Assembly: GCA_010093815.1 (NCBI GenBank)
Contig: ML996565.1
From: Pseudovirgaria hyperparasitica
Taxonomy: Eukaryota
DNA length: 64,000 bases
Strand: one strand, 5' to 3'
In this document: positions 63,541 through 64,000 of the stretch, one piece after another
How positions within the stretch are numbered: position 1 is the stretch's first letter
How the letters are laid out: each line of letters opens with the position of its first letter
Made by a program: the position numbers and the translations under genes
The notes under the pieces: model-generated
Databases searched by the model: none
What the model was told of the DNA's origin: nothing
What the model saw: the letters and a program-made list of their open reading frames with translations, nothing else

Positions 63541-64000
63541 TCAGATCCCACTATCATCCTGGAACGGATTCGGCGGAATCGCACACCTCTTCTCGTTTTT
63601 CTTGAACCACGCGTCCCAGTCTTTGCACACCTGTCTGTGCTGCGCCATCTGCGCAACCATCTCCGGGTCCTTGGAGGACAGCAAGGTTTTCAAGTCTTCC
63701 TTGCGCTCGATGATCTGCATGGCCAGACCGCTGCTTGCGTGCCAGGCAATATGGCAATGCTGTAAAGAAACACGGGTGCGAGTTAGCAAAGAATGATATT
63801 TTCCCTGGGGGTTAGTAATCTTTGTAGCGGAAGGAGTACGTACCACAATCCATACGCCCGGGTTGTCGGCTTTGAACGCCATCACGAGGTAGCCACCGCT
63901 TGGGAGTAGGGCCACATCTCGGCGAGGCGGATTGTCCCATTTGAGATTCACCTTGCCGAGCTCGAGGTCCGTCCAGTCCGTTCCTTGGGCAAGCAATGCA
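63541..64000 (-). CDS. Multicopper oxidase / laccase, C-terminal part (5'-partial)
   Basis: NPPRRDVALLP…AFKADNPGVWIV, intron, HCHIAWHASSGLAMQ copper-site motif and C-terminal DSGI typical of ascomycete laccases. Confidence 0.92.
   Translation of the reverse strand, partial: ALLAQGTDWTDLELGKVNLKWDNPPRRDVALLPSGGYLVMAFKADNPGVWIVVRTPSATKITNPQGKYHSLLTRTRVSLQHCHIAWHASSGLAMQIIERKEDLKTLLSSKDPEMVAQMAQHRQVCKDWDAWFKKNEKRCAIPPNPFQDDSGI

Overview
This is intron-rich eukaryotic DNA from a filamentous ascomycete (Pezizomycotina; GT-AG introns of about 45-60 nt with CTAAC/CTGAC branch sites). About 27 protein-coding genes or pseudogenes can be supported. Housekeeping genes include a LysM protein, a Zn2Cys6 transcription factor, a P2C/ACU-type ATPase, queuine tRNA-ribosyltransferase, an AN1 zinc-finger protein, an Mss116-like DEAD-box helicase, a TMEM170-like protein, Set9 and the 3' end of a laccase. 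Accessory stretches with AT/TpA-rich, RIP-like relics lie between them. The main find is a compact dikaritin-type fungal RiPP locus at about 51.4-54.7 kb that the ORF track misses because of introns. It has a small secreted precursor carrying two identical TVDSTATRSQWVSAY repeats (only synonymous DNA differences, no Lys-Arg flanking the repeats) beside two convergent UstYa/DUF3328 oxidase genes. An APH-family kinase and a GT34/nucleotide-sugar-transporter pair lie nearby. Two other notable items are an intact 483-aa CYP51-like P450 with Ser at the expected axial-Cys position and a tandem pair of R-S-E ADP-ribosyltransferase-like genes. No rRNA, tRNA, CRISPR array or intact transposon was recognised. 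All gene models were spliced by eye and no database searches were run.
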